Source: Octopus bimaculoides (Eukaryota). From it: a stretch of 55,705 bases of DNA. The stretch spans positions 16,105,335 through 16,161,039 of the forward strand of contig NC_069004.1 of the NCBI RefSeq assembly GCF_001194135.2. The letters are read 5' to 3'. A program made the position numbers and the translations under genes. Below the pieces are notes generated by a model that saw only the letters and a list, made by a program, of their open reading frames with translations, searched no databases and was not told where the DNA came from. Below, piece after piece: positions 11,912 to 25,912 of the stretch (its first letter is position 1; each line of letters begins with the position of its first letter).

Positions 11912-14200
11912 CATAGCTTCCCAAAGTGGGCGATTTCAACTTACAGGTGGGCGATTCAGCAAATTTCTAGAAAACGATGGGTAATTTGAGATTTTGATGG
12001 GCGATGTGAACATTTTGAGGGTGACAAAGAATTTTTAGAAATTAAGTCTTCATTTACTGATATCTAGGCATGCTTAGAATAAGGATGCACTTTTATCGAT
12101 TTGACTACTCGCATGAGATGTCCCTTTGTATTAAAAAAAAAGCAGACTTGTTTATTGATTGAATATTTTTGAGGTGGTTGTCATATGTGCTAAAAATAGC
12201 AGCGAAGTAGGCCTAGGCCTTAAATCACACACCACCACAATTTGTTTTTGTTTTTTTTTTGCATAATCCTATGAATTCCCGTGTGTAGAATACAATTTCA
12301 CAAAAATTTTCTGAAAACTCCAAAAAATAAATAAAGTTATGAGGGGTTATATGTCATGCATAATTCTGTGGTTTCGTATGAAAACACAAGTGCTATTTTC
12401 AGGATGTTGACAAAATGTGCAGTCATGTACAAAATGACAGCTTTAAAATCGTGTTTCTCGACTTGGTGAAAATGATCAAACTTTAAACCTCTATAACTTT
12501 TTAAAAACATTTTTCTAGAAAAAGTTGAATAACTCCTGCAATTTAGCTTGGAAATGTATATTAATATGTGCCAAATTTTTCAATTTTTGATAAACTTTAA
12601 TTTTTGAAATGCTGGCAGCCAAATGAACTAGATCCATATAGACATGTCACATGACTCTGCTCTATCAACTTCTTCTCTTTGGGAATACCAAACTATCTTT
12701 CTGACACCATCCATAGAAATTCGTTTTCACTTTACTGATGCCTCTAGTCAAGAAAATTTGTCAATAATACAGTAGTGATTATTTATCATTTGAATTTATT
12801 CCCTCTCCTCAGAACTGTCAGTTACCAATGTATCTTCTTTGCCATCAAGCATTGACCAACAAAGCAATGAAACTTTCACATTTGAAGTATCACTTTGATG
12901 CACAGCATTCTGACAAGAAGCACAAGCCGTTGTCATACTTTTTGCAACTGAGCACCTCTTTCAAAAAGCAAACACAAACATTCAACATACTACTCCAGAG
13001 ACCTAGTAAACAGGAGAATGATGGGTTGATTGCATCGCACAACATTGCATTACTTGTTGCTAAGTCTGGGAAGTTTCACACAATTGGAGAAACATTACTT
13101 TGCCTGGTTATCGAAGAGGTTTTGTTAACCATTATGCACAAAAAAACCTCATAACATTATAAAGAAGATTCCATGATTTCTCGATGCATCAATGAAATGG
13201 CCAACAATATCAAACATCAGCTCATTAATAGTCTCCAGCGTTCTGAATTTTCTACACAAGTGGATGAGTCAACTGTTGTGGACAATCAATGTTTGATGAT
13301 GGTATATGTCCAGTATTTCAGCAAAAACCTTCAACCTTGTGAGGAAATGCTCTTCACAGAGAAATTGTTGCTTGATTCAAAATGTGAGACTATTTTTCAC
13401 ACTCTTAAGTCTTTCCTTTTTGAACATATCCCACTCAGTAATATTCTTGCCTGTGCATCTGATGGAGCCCCTTCGATGATAAGAAGATACAGAGGTTTTT
13501 CATCTGTCCTAAAGCATGAAATTTCCCACCAGGTACTAACTGTTCATTGCTTGGCACACCAACAGTATTTAGTGGCAAAAAATATGAACAGTAGATTGAA
13601 TGATGCGCTACAGTTAGTTATCAAGACTGTGAACAAATTGAAATCCAGTCCCTTGTCTGATCGAATTTTCTATCAACTCTATCAGAGAAATGATGAGGAC
13701 CATACTAAACTCCTATACCATACTGAAGTGTGGTGGCTGTCAAAATGAAACTGTGTTTTATGCTTTGTTGAACTGTTTCATATAATTATATCTTTCTTTG
13801 AAGATACTCCAATATCCGCTTCATTCCTGGTTGCAAGGTGTGAGATCTTTTTTCTTTGTGATATAGTCATGAAACTAAATGATTTGCAAAGAAACAGAGA
13901 AACAAAATGACAATGATGCCACAATGCAATATTGCTGTAATGGTAAAGAAGGTTTGTGGTACCGTCAAAGTATATTGAATTCCTACCCCAATCTGTGGAA
14001 ATGTTTGAAATTACTTTTGCTTGCCTTCCCTGCCTCATACCTGGTTGAATCTGGTTTTAGTCATGTTGGAACTTTACTTTCCCGTAAAAGAATTGAACTG
14101 GATGTAACACAACAAGGAGACTTGCAGCAAAAGTTGACAAGTTTGAAACCGAATGTATCTGCACTAGCTGCATTGCACCAGACACATGGTTCTCCTTAAA
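11912..14200 (+). mobile_element. hAT-Charlie/Buster (ZBED5/SCAND3-like) transposon, internally deleted pseudogene
   Basis: Left end catagcttcccaaagtggg resembles a Charlie TIR. ORF pieces: BED-like LCHQALTNKAMKLSHLKYHFDAQH, QVDEST, CASDGAPSM, VHCLAHQQYL, YHTEVWWLSK, and FPASYLVESGFS..SRKRIELD. Right TIR not found. Confidence 0.9.
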
Positions 14201-14562
14201 AAGTTTTATTCTTTTCCTTTATAATACAATCATTAATTATTTTTGCATCGGTAGTTCTGATCAATGGTTCATTTGGGGAGAATAAAAGTCAGTGTAAAAG
14301 GAAGTGCAAGTTTACTGCAGTTAATCTGTCTGCATAATATAGAGTTAACATTAGAATTTTATTTACACTAATGGCAAAACTAAACCTACAATAAGGGATT
14401 TGTAAACAACCGCATATTTGGTCCAAACAACTAACCAGGCAACAAGTCTACGATATAGTGTGTGTGTCAAATGCTACAAGGTGGGGTTCTCTTAGGAGAT
14501 TTAGTGTTAGGGAAGTTTGTGTCAAGGTTTTTTTTAAACAGGTGGGTGATGGAGCATTTTTT

Positions 14563-14563
<1 letters not shown>

Positions 14564-14611
<48 letters not shown>

Positions 14612-14621
14612 NNNNNNNNNN

Positions 14622-14668
<47 letters not shown>

Positions 14669-14868
14669 CATACAGATGTGGTGGAAGTCAAATTGTGATT
14701 GAGTAAGACCACTTCCTAGACCCATTTCACTTGAAGAAACATCTCAGGTTTAGTCTCCCCATATCACTGATGACATCTCATATGGTTCCTAAGGCCTGCA
14801 TTCCACACTGACCACAAGTCAGTGACCCCAACAGTAACCCAACAATCTAAATGTTGGGACCTATACAG

Positions 14869-14957
<89 letters not shown>

Positions 14958-15010
14958 CACCATTGACTTATATATACATACACACACACACACACATATA
15001 CATACCTTAA
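14564..15010. repeat. (CA)n microsatellite blocks (14564-14666 with a 10-N gap; 14869-14950)
   Basis: Direct. Confidence 0.95.
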
Positions 15011-16309
15011 CACAGAGATGTATGACACCCCCACTCTCTCTCTCTCTCATTTATTTACTTTCCTTCTCCACCTTTCTCTTTCCTCTTTCTTCAGCACAAA
15101 AGTACTTTTCCAACTGAATTCACTGACAATGGGAATTTTTTCTTATTTCAGAGTGGGAAATAATTATAATTCTATAGAAAAGAAATTCTATTGCGTTTTA
15201 TCATATCTACATAAAAAAGCAGCTTAAAAAGGAATAATTCTACACCACAAAATTTTATTAACTCAACAAACATGAAATATATAAAAATATATGGTTAAAA
15301 TAGATAAAGGGGAATAAAGAGTTTTTAACACAACAAAGCAAGTTATTGAAATGGGTGTACTATAGTCCATTGCATCACACACCAGAATATTTTTTTATAT
15401 TTTATTGAGAGGAAAATAACTGGTAAAAATTACCACTACCTTTTATTTTATTTTGTTCCTGGAAGGATCTAAAAGATAAGGTCTTCCCCTGGAAGGATTT
15501 GAACCTAGAAGCAGGATATCACAAAACAATTATTACAAAATATATATTAGTGACAGAAGCAGTATTAATACTGGGAGGTAATATCTATCTCCACTTAAAT
15601 GTGAATGTTCTGTTAGAACAAACGATACTGCAGTAGATACCATGAGAGAAACTCTCTTATGGGCTTTTGACGCAAAATTCACTCTCATTTATATTGCTAG
15701 TGGGGAGATAAATCCCTGCAACCCCGAGCATCAAGACCACCAGATCACATGAGTTTGACTTTCCTTGGTCTTGTCAATGATGGACGCTTGACTACTAGAG
15801 ATAGCAGTGACTATTCTCCCCACCAGCAATATATAGAATAACAGTGCTAGAACAGGTACTGGTGTCACAATTAGCCAGAGAGTTTGTTAAAAAATACATT
15901 ATTACAAAATCCTTAAATCTTGTTATCTGCTTTTCTGTCAGTTCCACTGGTCCTCTACATAATTCCAACAGACATAGCAAGGCTACATAATAACAATACT
16001 CATCATTGTATTAGGGCATTTGGAAGACTAACCTATCTACTCATTTTACTTCTATCTTCTGATTTTCCTTTTCATTCATTGATAAACAAAAATCATTTGA
16101 ATGGCACCTGATGAAGCATATACAAGTGTTGGGAAATAAGTAAATGAATGAATGATGGCAATTTTAATGATGGGAAAATTAATCATGGATGTCAATCAAC
16201 CATCTGCTGACCAAGCTTGGCCCAACTACCCATGTTCCTCACAGCAGACTGTAATCAACAAAGAACCAAGCAACCTTACTATAGAAGACAGGCCTCTCTC
16301 TTCTGCAGG

Positions 16310-17135
16310 TTCCAAAGCATTAGAGTGGTGACTTTAAGCATAGGCACAATGAGATAGCAGAGATTTTGGAGAAGAGACAGGCAGATGTGTGCTATGTGCA
16401 AGAAGTAAGATGGAAGTGATCTTCAACTAAACTCTTCACAAGTAAGAGACAGGAATTCAAACTCTACTGGACGAGTAATAATGATGGCAGAGGTAGGGTA
16501 GGTGTGCTGTTAGCTGAGAGGTAGATAAATGAAGTAATAAAGGTAGGTAGGATGTGTGATAGGATATTCAAGGCTCATTATAGGCAACACGACGCCTACA
16601 TTTATCACACAGCATATGCCCCTATAAGCATTTCTATGAGACCCTCCTGCAGATGACCTCAGTGACAAATGACAACGATTTCATTATTGTTGGTCAACAC
16701 ATTGATGGCTTTCATGATGTACATGGAGGCTATAGTTACAGGACTTTCATGATGCAACTGATCTAACAGTTTGCTACACACTCTTTAAGAAACCAACCAG
16801 CCACCTCGCCATCAACTAATCTGGTGAGTACACAAGTCAGATTGATATCATTCTCAACAGGAAATGGGACAGAAGGATTATTGTGAATACCAAAATCTCA
16901 CTCAGTGAAGAACGCACTACACAATGAAGATTAGTGGCTGATGACTACTATGCTGGAGTTAGGCAGACACAGAAAGAAAAAAAAAAACAGAAAGAGGAGG
17001 ACCCAAGAAGACACGTGATGACATGGTTAAGGCTGAGCTCAGGACCCTGAGCCTGACAAAACAGATGACACAGGACTGGAATCTCTGGCAATAGGGGGTT
17101 CTTGAACAGACCTGCTCACATCAGCAAAACCGAGT
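16310..17135 (+). mobile_element. RTE LINE, internally deleted: AP-endonuclease N-terminus joined to the 3' end
   Basis: AEILEKRQADVCYVQEVRWK..GRGRVGVLLAER..RMCDRIFK, later SQIDII..VNTKI..EERTTQ*RLV, then directly RGGPKKTRDDMVKAELRTLSLTKQMTQDWNLW; RT domain absent. Confidence 0.75.
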
Positions 17136-18344
17136 TCTGGAAATGCTTTGTATTGTACTCTCTACCCAAATAATAGTGACTCATACCCCTCCCATGCATG
17201 AAGCCTACCTCTTCTCCCTGCCCCCTCTCTCCTGTCCCCTCTACCACCAACAGTCATATCATCTTTACTGCTTCTGTTGTTTGTAACCCCCACTCTTTAA
17301 TGCATCCCTTTGTCTTCCTCAGCTCATGGTTCCTTGCTCATCTACCTTTCAACTCTACCCATTTTGGCAGTCTGCCTCCCACCCTTGTCCCCTCATTCCC
17401 TTTCCAATGCAATTTTTGAAAACTTATTCTTCAACTTATGTACCCTCTGGGATCATCCAGGCATCTCATTGCCCTTATCTCTTGCAACTTCTACTTTTCA
17501 TTATCTCTTTCTCTTCCCTTCCTCTACTAGATGTGAGTAGCTATGCAAATCCTCCACAAGAATCTGCACAGTTCCCCTTCAACCCCTTGTCCACTAGTAC
17601 GAAGCTGATTTCCACCCCCAGGACTTATAGTTCAGTAAGCTGCATGGTTACATCAATGGTACAGGTAGCACAAAAAAAGAAGCACCCAGTCCACCCTGTA
17701 AAATGCAAAGGATCCAGCCATAGAAACCATGCCAAAGCAGACACTGAAACATAATGCAGTTTTCGGACACATTGGATCCTGCCAAAATGTCCAACCCATG
17801 CTAGCATGGAACAAAGACAATAAATGATGATGATGATGATGATGATATATATATATATAATGCAAAAATTGTGAAAAATATGACACAAAGATAAAGAAAA
17901 GATAAAAACAGAGTTGGTATTAGTTTGACACTCATAGAAATGTTAAAGATAAGACGGACATGATGAGTATAGAATAGAGAAGGAAAATTGGAGAAATGAA
18001 ATGCATTTGTGTCCAACTGTCTTGACACAGTGGATGAGTGGAAGTAGGAAAGGGGTTGCTTTAGACATGAGTGACAAGGGGACAACTGTGAGCCTGGCAT
18101 GTCAGATTGTAAATGAAGTGTGTGTGTTAGTGTATCTGTGAAGTATATAATAGGTGTGTGTGTGTGTGTAGCAGCAATGTGTGTGTACACTAGTTAAACA
18201 TGTTGGTATGTATGGTGTTGTGTTTTTGTTAATAGATGTTGTGTAGCTGCATGTGGGGTTTTGAATGCAGGGGTTGTAGAAAAGTGGGAATGTGTGAGGT
18301 GGTTGTTGTGAGTGTGTGAGAAGTAGAAAAAAATGGAGATTAAA

Positions 18345-18770
18345 TGAAAAGAGGCTGGGAATTAAGACCAATGAGGACTGAAGTCTGGAGAAAAAAATTG
18401 ATTTCTACTCCAGATGGAGATGAGAATCCAGGGTGGGGTCTCTGTGAAAGGCCAGTCCAAACAAAACAGATGTTGAGGGGAATAACCAGCCAAGCAAAAG
18501 AGTTGCAAAACCAAAGTGTCGTTTCCAAGTCTTATGTCCCATAAGTGTTTGGCAAAATGATTAGCCAGGCGTCATCTAGTGTGTCCTATATGTATGTGTC
18601 CTAGGTATATGTGAAGAAGTCAATGCTATAAAAGGAGCAGTGGTGGGTAGCAGTGAGGACAGCAGTGCTAGAGAGGAAGGGATAAGTGCAGTAATGTGTG
18701 CAGGATCAAGGGAAGGAACCAGGTTTTTGGTGAGGAGCTGGTTATTTACATTTAGAAGGGAGGAAGAGAA
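18345..18770 (-). mobile_element. Penelope-like GIY-YIG region, heavily decayed
   Basis: Minus-strand reading across frames: C..C-like CTHYCTYPFLS, then R*RLANHFAKHLWDIRLGNDT..GYSPQHL, resembling the RL.eR..EH segment of PLE endonucleases. Confidence 0.45.
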
Positions 18771-19229
18771 TGATCAGTAGGAGCTGCAAAGAGATGAATA
18801 GAGGAGATGAAGTGTCCATGTTTGTGTCTCTGTGTCTTGACATAGCCTGATAGTGTCATTCATTTCCAACAGTCTGCAAAAGCATGTTTGTGCATGGCGA
18901 AACATTACCTTGCTTAGAAACAGATGAAGGTTGGTGACAGGGAGGACATCCAACCACAAAAAATCTGCCTCACTAAACACCATCCAACACATGCAGGCAT
19001 AGAAAGTGAATGTTAAAACCATGCTGTTTCTGCTGATGATGATATATATATACTTGTTTAATAGTCTGAATAAAGAACTCAAATATTGTTTGTGGATTCA
19101 AGACAATATTTAATATTAATAGTAGCTGTTTATTTTAAAATTTCTCCATTAAAACTGGTTGCTGAAAACAGGCTGTTTTAATGGTAAAACATAGAAGTAA
19201 ATAGTCACTATGAATATTAGACATTATAT

Positions 19230-20120
19230 GTATTCAGTTGTGAGTAAGAAACAATTTAAAATTTGTTGTCTAACTTAGTAGAAATAGGAAGTAAAGATTA
19301 TCCCACAATAATTAGTTGGTAATGTGAAGGTGTTTTCCTTTGGAATGCAATTATGACCCTCTCCAAGTGGATGGAAGAACATAGTATTTGAAAATGTAAT
19401 TACACATATCAAGAAGTAGGTTATGAAATGGAGTCTTTCCATATGACTTCCATAAGTGTTGTATTTTTAATTCATTCAAGTAAAAAGCATTTTTACAATA
19501 TTAAGGATATCAGAAATGACAATTTTGGTAATTCTCTTTCTTCCAAGAGAGTTTGAGCTCCTCATAGAAAACTTTAAAAATAATTATGCTAGAGTGATAA
19601 CCTTTCTTTAATCGGTATGTTTCTGGAACCCCAGTTTCAATCTGCTTTCCCTTTTGACAGCTGATATTCTAAAATGCAAACCAAACTTATCCACTGATCT
19701 GTTTATATCCATAGATCTAAATTATTTCTAAAAATTTCATTTGTTTCCTTACCTTACAGGAGTATGAAGCTTCTTACACCATTAATGAATGAATATATTG
19801 ATTGATGTATAAAACAAGAGTTCCATTCAGAATATGTTACCAATATGTTTATTTCTACACTGTTTTTATTTCACAAGTCTATACTGCTTATAAACAATGT
19901 ATATTATCATAAGACAATATCTTAATCTACCTCATTATATAAATATCCATACTGTCTCTGTCTCCACAATATACCACTGATAAACTAGTTCAACTGAGAC
20001 TTTAATATTTGATGACTTTGAGATAATGCCATAATGTAGTATAAAACAGGCTAGATTACTGGCATTATGGGGCTGGCCTTCACCCATGCTAACCCATTGC
20101 ATTACCAAATACATTGATTC
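19230..20120 (-). mobile_element. Possible very old piggyBac transposase remnant
   Basis: Frame-hopping motifs in the expected order: SMGE (DE-like), WYIVETET/GYLYNEV, YDN, LNGT, MERLHFITYFL. Many stops; weak. Confidence 0.3.
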
Positions 20121-21580
20121 TAATGCATAATGCTGACTTTCTCCTACTCCTCCTCCTTCTTCGTCACTTCCTCTTTTTGACATTCTTTTTCTCTGTTACA
20201 TTTTCCCTCAGAGAGAAGGTCTACAGTAAATGTCTCCAGAATGCAAACCAATTCAAAAATAAATGTCATGTCAAGATTATTGATATTAAGAAACACACAG
20301 AGCTAAACTTAACCTATTTTATTTGCGAATGGTCTTAACCAAACAAAAATAATAATAAAAACAAAATTAGATAAAAGTCCAAAGAACATTTCCCAGAAGC
20401 TTAATAATATCAATATGAACTATTCAAATATGGTTATGTGCCCATCCTAGGTTCTTTCTCATAGGCTAAAAGCATTTATTGTTGTTCACAATAAACCAAC
20501 AAAGAACATTGTTTGTCTTTTTTGAAAGTAAGTCTACTTGAAATGTATTTGGTAAATATGAATGAGATAATGAAACTGTGACAAAAATAAAGAAAATTTG
20601 CTATAAAATAATGAACAAGAAAGAAAAAAATGTGGTAAGAAAGGTATTTTTGTGAGCAGAAAAGACAGAAAACAATGTTTAAACAATTGTTTGATATTAA
20701 ACAGCAAAATAATTGTTTTGTGTGAAAATACATAATTTGTTTCTTAAGAAATGTCTAAAGATTTCTTCAAGATGGAATACTTTGATTGGAACATAGACAA
20801 CAAGAAAATGGAAAATCTTATTATTAAAACTCTATATTCAAAACGAAATCCTTTTAAAGAAGCAAAACTTTGAGTTTTCTTGGTAACTGAATAAATCTGA
20901 GCTCAGTAACAGTAAAGCGGTTGCAGTGTCAATTGGACATTGTAAACAAATAGAAATTAAACAACATTGCATGGAGTTTGCATGTACAACAAATATAGTA
21001 CTTCAAAAAGTATCATGGAATATGTTTATCTCCAGTCTCCTTTGGTATTGGAATAGACTAACAGATGTTTGATGAAGAAACGATTAAACTGAGGAATATT
21101 TTGCCCTTATATGTTACTTTCAAGTGTCTTCAAGTTTCAAAAGAACTAATGGCATCAAAAATATATATGCTGATGTCTTTAGATTACAAGAACATCAGTG
21201 AAGTCATGAACGCTATACCAAGATTATCATTTCTAAGAAATGGAACTATATGAAATAGCTAAAATGAAAAAGAGTACTTTCATCATAAGTGGTGTTGATG
21301 GAATGGTCTTGATGGCATGACTGCTTCACAACCACATGGTTTTGAGTTTGATTCTACTGTACAGTATCTTGGACAAATGTCTTCTACCATAGTACTGGTT
21401 GACCAATACTTTGTGAATGGAATTTTGTAAATAGCATTTCCGCAGAAGACTGTTGTGTATATATATACTTAATAACATTTGCTGAGCTTCACAAGAGAAA
21501 TACACAGTCTTCAAAATAAAACTATTCAAATATATAATATTAATACTAATATCAATATTACATAAGAATCATGTACTTAC

Positions 21581-21628
21581 AGAATAGTTTTCACAGCTAT
21601 AGTAAAAGCTTCTTTTGATAAACTATTT
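21581..21628 (-). CDS. Candidate internal exon, 48 nt (NSLSKEAFTIAVKTIL), gene unknown
   Basis: Acceptor cattgttcatcttcag, consensus donor CT|gtaagta, only one open frame (phase 2-2). Confidence 0.35.
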
Positions 21629-22446
21629 CTGAAGATGAACAATGAATCTAAGGCCTAACAATGCTCCAAGATTTGACACAACTTGGTCAAATTTGTTGCA
21701 TCAAATTAAACCAGAGTTATTTAAGATCTCTATTAAAGATCTTCAGTGTGTTGCATCTACTCCAAAAAACCTGAAAATGCATAACTATTTCAATATCAAA
21801 GAGTGTCTCTTTCACAGATGGAGCATCGTAAACTAAAGCAGATATACATAAATTATCAAGCAACATTTAAACCAAAGAAATATGATTAATTGTTATGATC
21901 TATCATAAAGTCACAGTCTTATTTGTCTTTCCTAAAACTTCTGTCTATGTAAGAAATCAATATTATATGCTTTTGAGGACAGCAGATTACCAGAATTGGT
22001 GTATTAGCAGAACTGGTAGATTGATAGAATCAGTGAAATAGCAAAATCATTTGGATGGGAGAATCAGTGGTTTTACAGAATTGGTAAAGTGTCAGACAAA
22101 ATACCTTGTAGCATTTAATTGCATACTTTAGATTTGAAGTTCAAATCCTGTGAAGGTGGACTTTGTCTTTCATCCTTCCAGGGTTAACCAACTATACCCT
22201 TCCTTAAATTTGAGGACTTGGGCTAATTTATTAATCAATATCTTGAGATTTTCTTATTTAATCATAAATGCAGATATGGCTATATGGATAAAAACTTCCC
22301 TTTGCACCAACTGACTCTAGGTTCAGCCCATTCTTTAATACCTTGAACAAGTGTCATCTACTATCCTATCATGTCAATCAATGCCTTGTGAGTGAAATTT
22401 GGTAAACCAAAATGGTACAGAAGTCCTTTATATGTACATATATATA

Positions 22447-22484
<38 letters not shown>

Positions 22485-22488
22485 CATA

Positions 22489-25232
22489 CAGTGTACCCCC
22501 GCTTATTCGTGGTTCGGCATTTCTGGTCCTGGTTATTCACGGAATCAATAATTGTTCTCAGAAACCACCACATATTCGTGAAATCGCAAATATCGTCCAC
22601 GATTTTTTATGGTGCTTTCCATGGCAATATATAATTTTTCACACTTTTTAAGACTAAATTATTAATAGTAATATACCGTATTTGCCGGCTTACTGAATGC
22701 CCCTTTGCAGCTGAAAGTCCCTCTGATTAGAATAGCCACGAATCACATCGCTTGATTTTTTTTTTAGATATAACTATACTGTATCTGGTATCTCTTATTC
22801 CTGCTTTCAATCAAAGCTTGCTAATTTTTATAGTGGCTACCAGTGCTTTTTTTTTAAATCATCACTTTGATGATACACATCTTTTATTTCAACAGGATAA
22901 TGTTTAAGGTCGTGAACCAATATAGCCTCACTGAAATTAGGTTACTTGCTGGTCCCTCTCTTTCTCTTGCTCTCTCTTATTATTATAGTATAGCTTACTG
23001 TATCTAGTGGTAATACAAACTAAATTTTTCAAAACCATGATTATTTTTAATCTCTGCTCAATCTCCCATTGATGGCATGTGCATATGAGAAACAAAGAAG
23101 ATTTTTTGTAGGTTTATTTGGGGGGTAAAAACTGCATCCAGTAGCTATCTCTAGTATTTTGTTGAGTGCTGTGTTTTTTGCAGCGTGTTATTAAAGCCCT
23201 AAGATGCTGCCCAAATGCCCTACACCGTCTAAGGCTTCTGGCAGTGAACCTAAGTGCCAGAAAAAGGTTACGATGCTCCATGAGAAGGCACAACCACTGG
23301 ATAAGTTCCAGGAAGGTAAAAGTTATGCTGCAGTAGGTTGCTATTATGCTGTCAACGAAAGCATCATATGCTACATAAAGAAGAATGGAGTGGCGACCAG
23401 GACTATTGTAGCAGTAAGTTTCAGTGAATGTGCCAAAAAGATAACGATAGTGAGAAATAAGCACTTCATTTGGATGGAATCTGACTTGGCATTGTGGATC
23501 AATGACTGCAAGAAGAAAAACATACTCTTGAGCCATAACATCATCTGCAAGAAAGTGTGGAAATTATACCAGCAGTTCAACTGAGGAGACGAAGCAGAAA
23601 GCACCGAAGAACCTCAACCAAGAGCATTGACTGCACCAGAACCTGAAGATTTTCAAACCAGCAAGGGATAGTTTGACCGTTTTCAGAAACGGTTTCAGAT
23701 AAAGTGTTTCCCTGCATGGAGAGACAGCATCAGCTGACAAAGTAGCTGCTGAGAAGTACCTCAAGACCTTCAGGTAGATCATCAAAGACAAAGGGTACAA
23801 GCTGGAACAGGTTTTCAGCATGGACAAGACTGGCTTGTTCTGGAAGAAGATGCCTTCTAGAACGTACATCATGAAGGACAAAACCAGAGCCGCAACATTT
23901 AAGGCACAGAAGGATGGAGTGATGCTAATTGTGTGGCAATGCTGCTGGCTTCATGATGAAACCAGGACTTACCTACAAGTCCATGAACCTGAGGGCCTTC
24001 AAAAATAAGAATAAAAATCTGCTGCCTGTCCACTGGATGCACAACTCCAAGGCCTGGGTTACCAAAAGTCTAATTTTAAATTGGTTCCACCAATGCTTCA
24101 TCCCTCAAGTCAAGGAATACCTCCAAAATCTTTGCATGGAATTCAAGGTGTTGCTAGTTATGGGTAATACTGGTGGTTACTCTTTGGATTTGAATCATGA
24201 GCAAGTCCAAGTCAAGTTCCTCCCTGCCAACATCACCTCCCTCATCCAGCCTATAGATCATGGCGTGACCCGTACCTTCAAGGCACTCGGAACTCTCTCC
24301 AACACCTTGTTGACACAATGAATTTGGATGAGAATTTCAAGTTAAAGGAGTACTGGTGTAACTTCACGATCGCAACATGCCTGTCAATTAACCACACTAC
24401 TCTTAAAGATGTGGTAAAAGAAACCCTCATTGCATGCTGGAAGAAAGTGTAGCCAGAGTGTGTCCAGGACTACAAGAGCTTCTCACCTGAAGATATTCAG
24501 CATGAGGTTGTCAACACTGCAGTAAAACTGGCAAAGGTACTTGGTGGTGAAGGTTTTGACAACATCACACAAGATGAGGTCAATGACCTCATCAATGCCC
24601 ACTCTGAAACTCTGACAGACGAAGATTTGTTGGAGTTAACGAAGTCTGCCAGCGAAGAGGAGGAAGCACCAGATCCAGAGGAAGAGGAGGATGAGGTGGG
24701 CCAGGCAATCGAGTGCCTGTCAGACCTTTTAAGGACAGCAAAGGAATTGCAAGGGAAGGCGGAAGTAAGGGATCCCTATATGGTTCAGTCTCTCCAATTT
24801 AAAAATGCCATCGATGCTGCCATGCAGACATAAAACTCTCCTCACCAACATGAAGAAACAACAACTTCCCATCACAATGTTCCTCAAGCCCGCCAAGAAA
24901 GCCTTGCACAAAAATACAAGATCCCCTAAAATATCTGAAGAAGAGGCATCACCTGAAGAGCTTTAAATCTTTTTTGCTGTGCAGTCATTACCTTCATTAT
25001 TTTCATCACCATCATCTTAAATCAATATCATTCACTATTGGTGAGTAACTGTACATTTTACTTTATTTTTTATTAAATTATTATATATATATATATAATA
25101 TATATATATAATATTTTATGTTATATTTTGACATTTATAGGCATTTTCATGGAACATGTCCAATATTTGCAGTTTTTCATGATTCGTGGGTACTCTAGGA
25201 GCGTAACCCCCATGAATACCAGGGACCTACTG
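22489..25232 (+). mobile_element. Full-length Tigger/pogo DNA transposon (TIGD1-like), transposase broken
   Basis: TA on both sides (22487-88, 25233-34); imperfect TIRs cagtgtacccccgcttattcgtgg versus rc cagtaggtccctggtattcatgg. CENP-B HTH region from 23204, then MDKTGLFWKKMPSRTY, WFHQCFIPQVKEYL, LPANITSLIQPIDHGV, acidic tail. Frameshifted. Confidence 0.93.
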
Positions 25233-25818
25233 TATATTAATTGTTACTTGGACTCGTTTGAATCAAGGTACCTTAAAAACAAGGACACCAATTTATGGTC
25301 GAGATTAAGTCACCTGCATATATACTATAGATGGATATGCATGCATATATCAACGCATACACAGACATGTCTCAACACTTACATACATAAGCATATAAAC
25401 AAATTAATATACACATCCATGTAAATATACATGTGCAGGAAATCATACACACAGCTGCAGGCTGGTATGCAGTATTATGATCCACTGTGAGTTCCTGGTT
25501 CAATGCAGGGAAGGTTCCAGATGTGCTGTTTACATAAAGAAAGGACACAAATGGGTTAACATTCACTACAGCTGTTTCAGACACATTTTTTATTGATGAA
25601 TAAACTGATTACATCAGGGGAAAAAAAAAACGTTTTCTTCAAGTGGATTAAAAACTTAATCTTTTAAAATTTAAAGTTTGGTTCAGAGAATACTGAGATG
25701 TGGAACATATGTTGTCTCTTGCATTGTGGTGATAAGTGAGAAAGTGAATCCAGCATCTCTGCATCATCAGATATTATAAACCTGTCAACAACCTGTCAAC
25801 AGAGAAAGCCAACACTAA

Positions 25819-25912
25819 ATTATTTGTATTAAATAAATGGTGAGAGATAAATTATAAAAGAGGGACCCTCCTTTTATGATCTATCTCTAACCATCTATTT
25901 AATACAAATAAT
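25819..25912. repeat. 94-bp near-perfect palindrome
   Basis: Arms of 46-47 bp with 4 mismatches and 1 indel around the centre agggAccct. Confidence 0.9.

Noticed and set aside
12828-14199. Domesticated ZBED5/SCAND3 gene
   Set aside because: Multiple stops, frameshifts, an internal deletion and a TIR-like end indicate a dead transposon.
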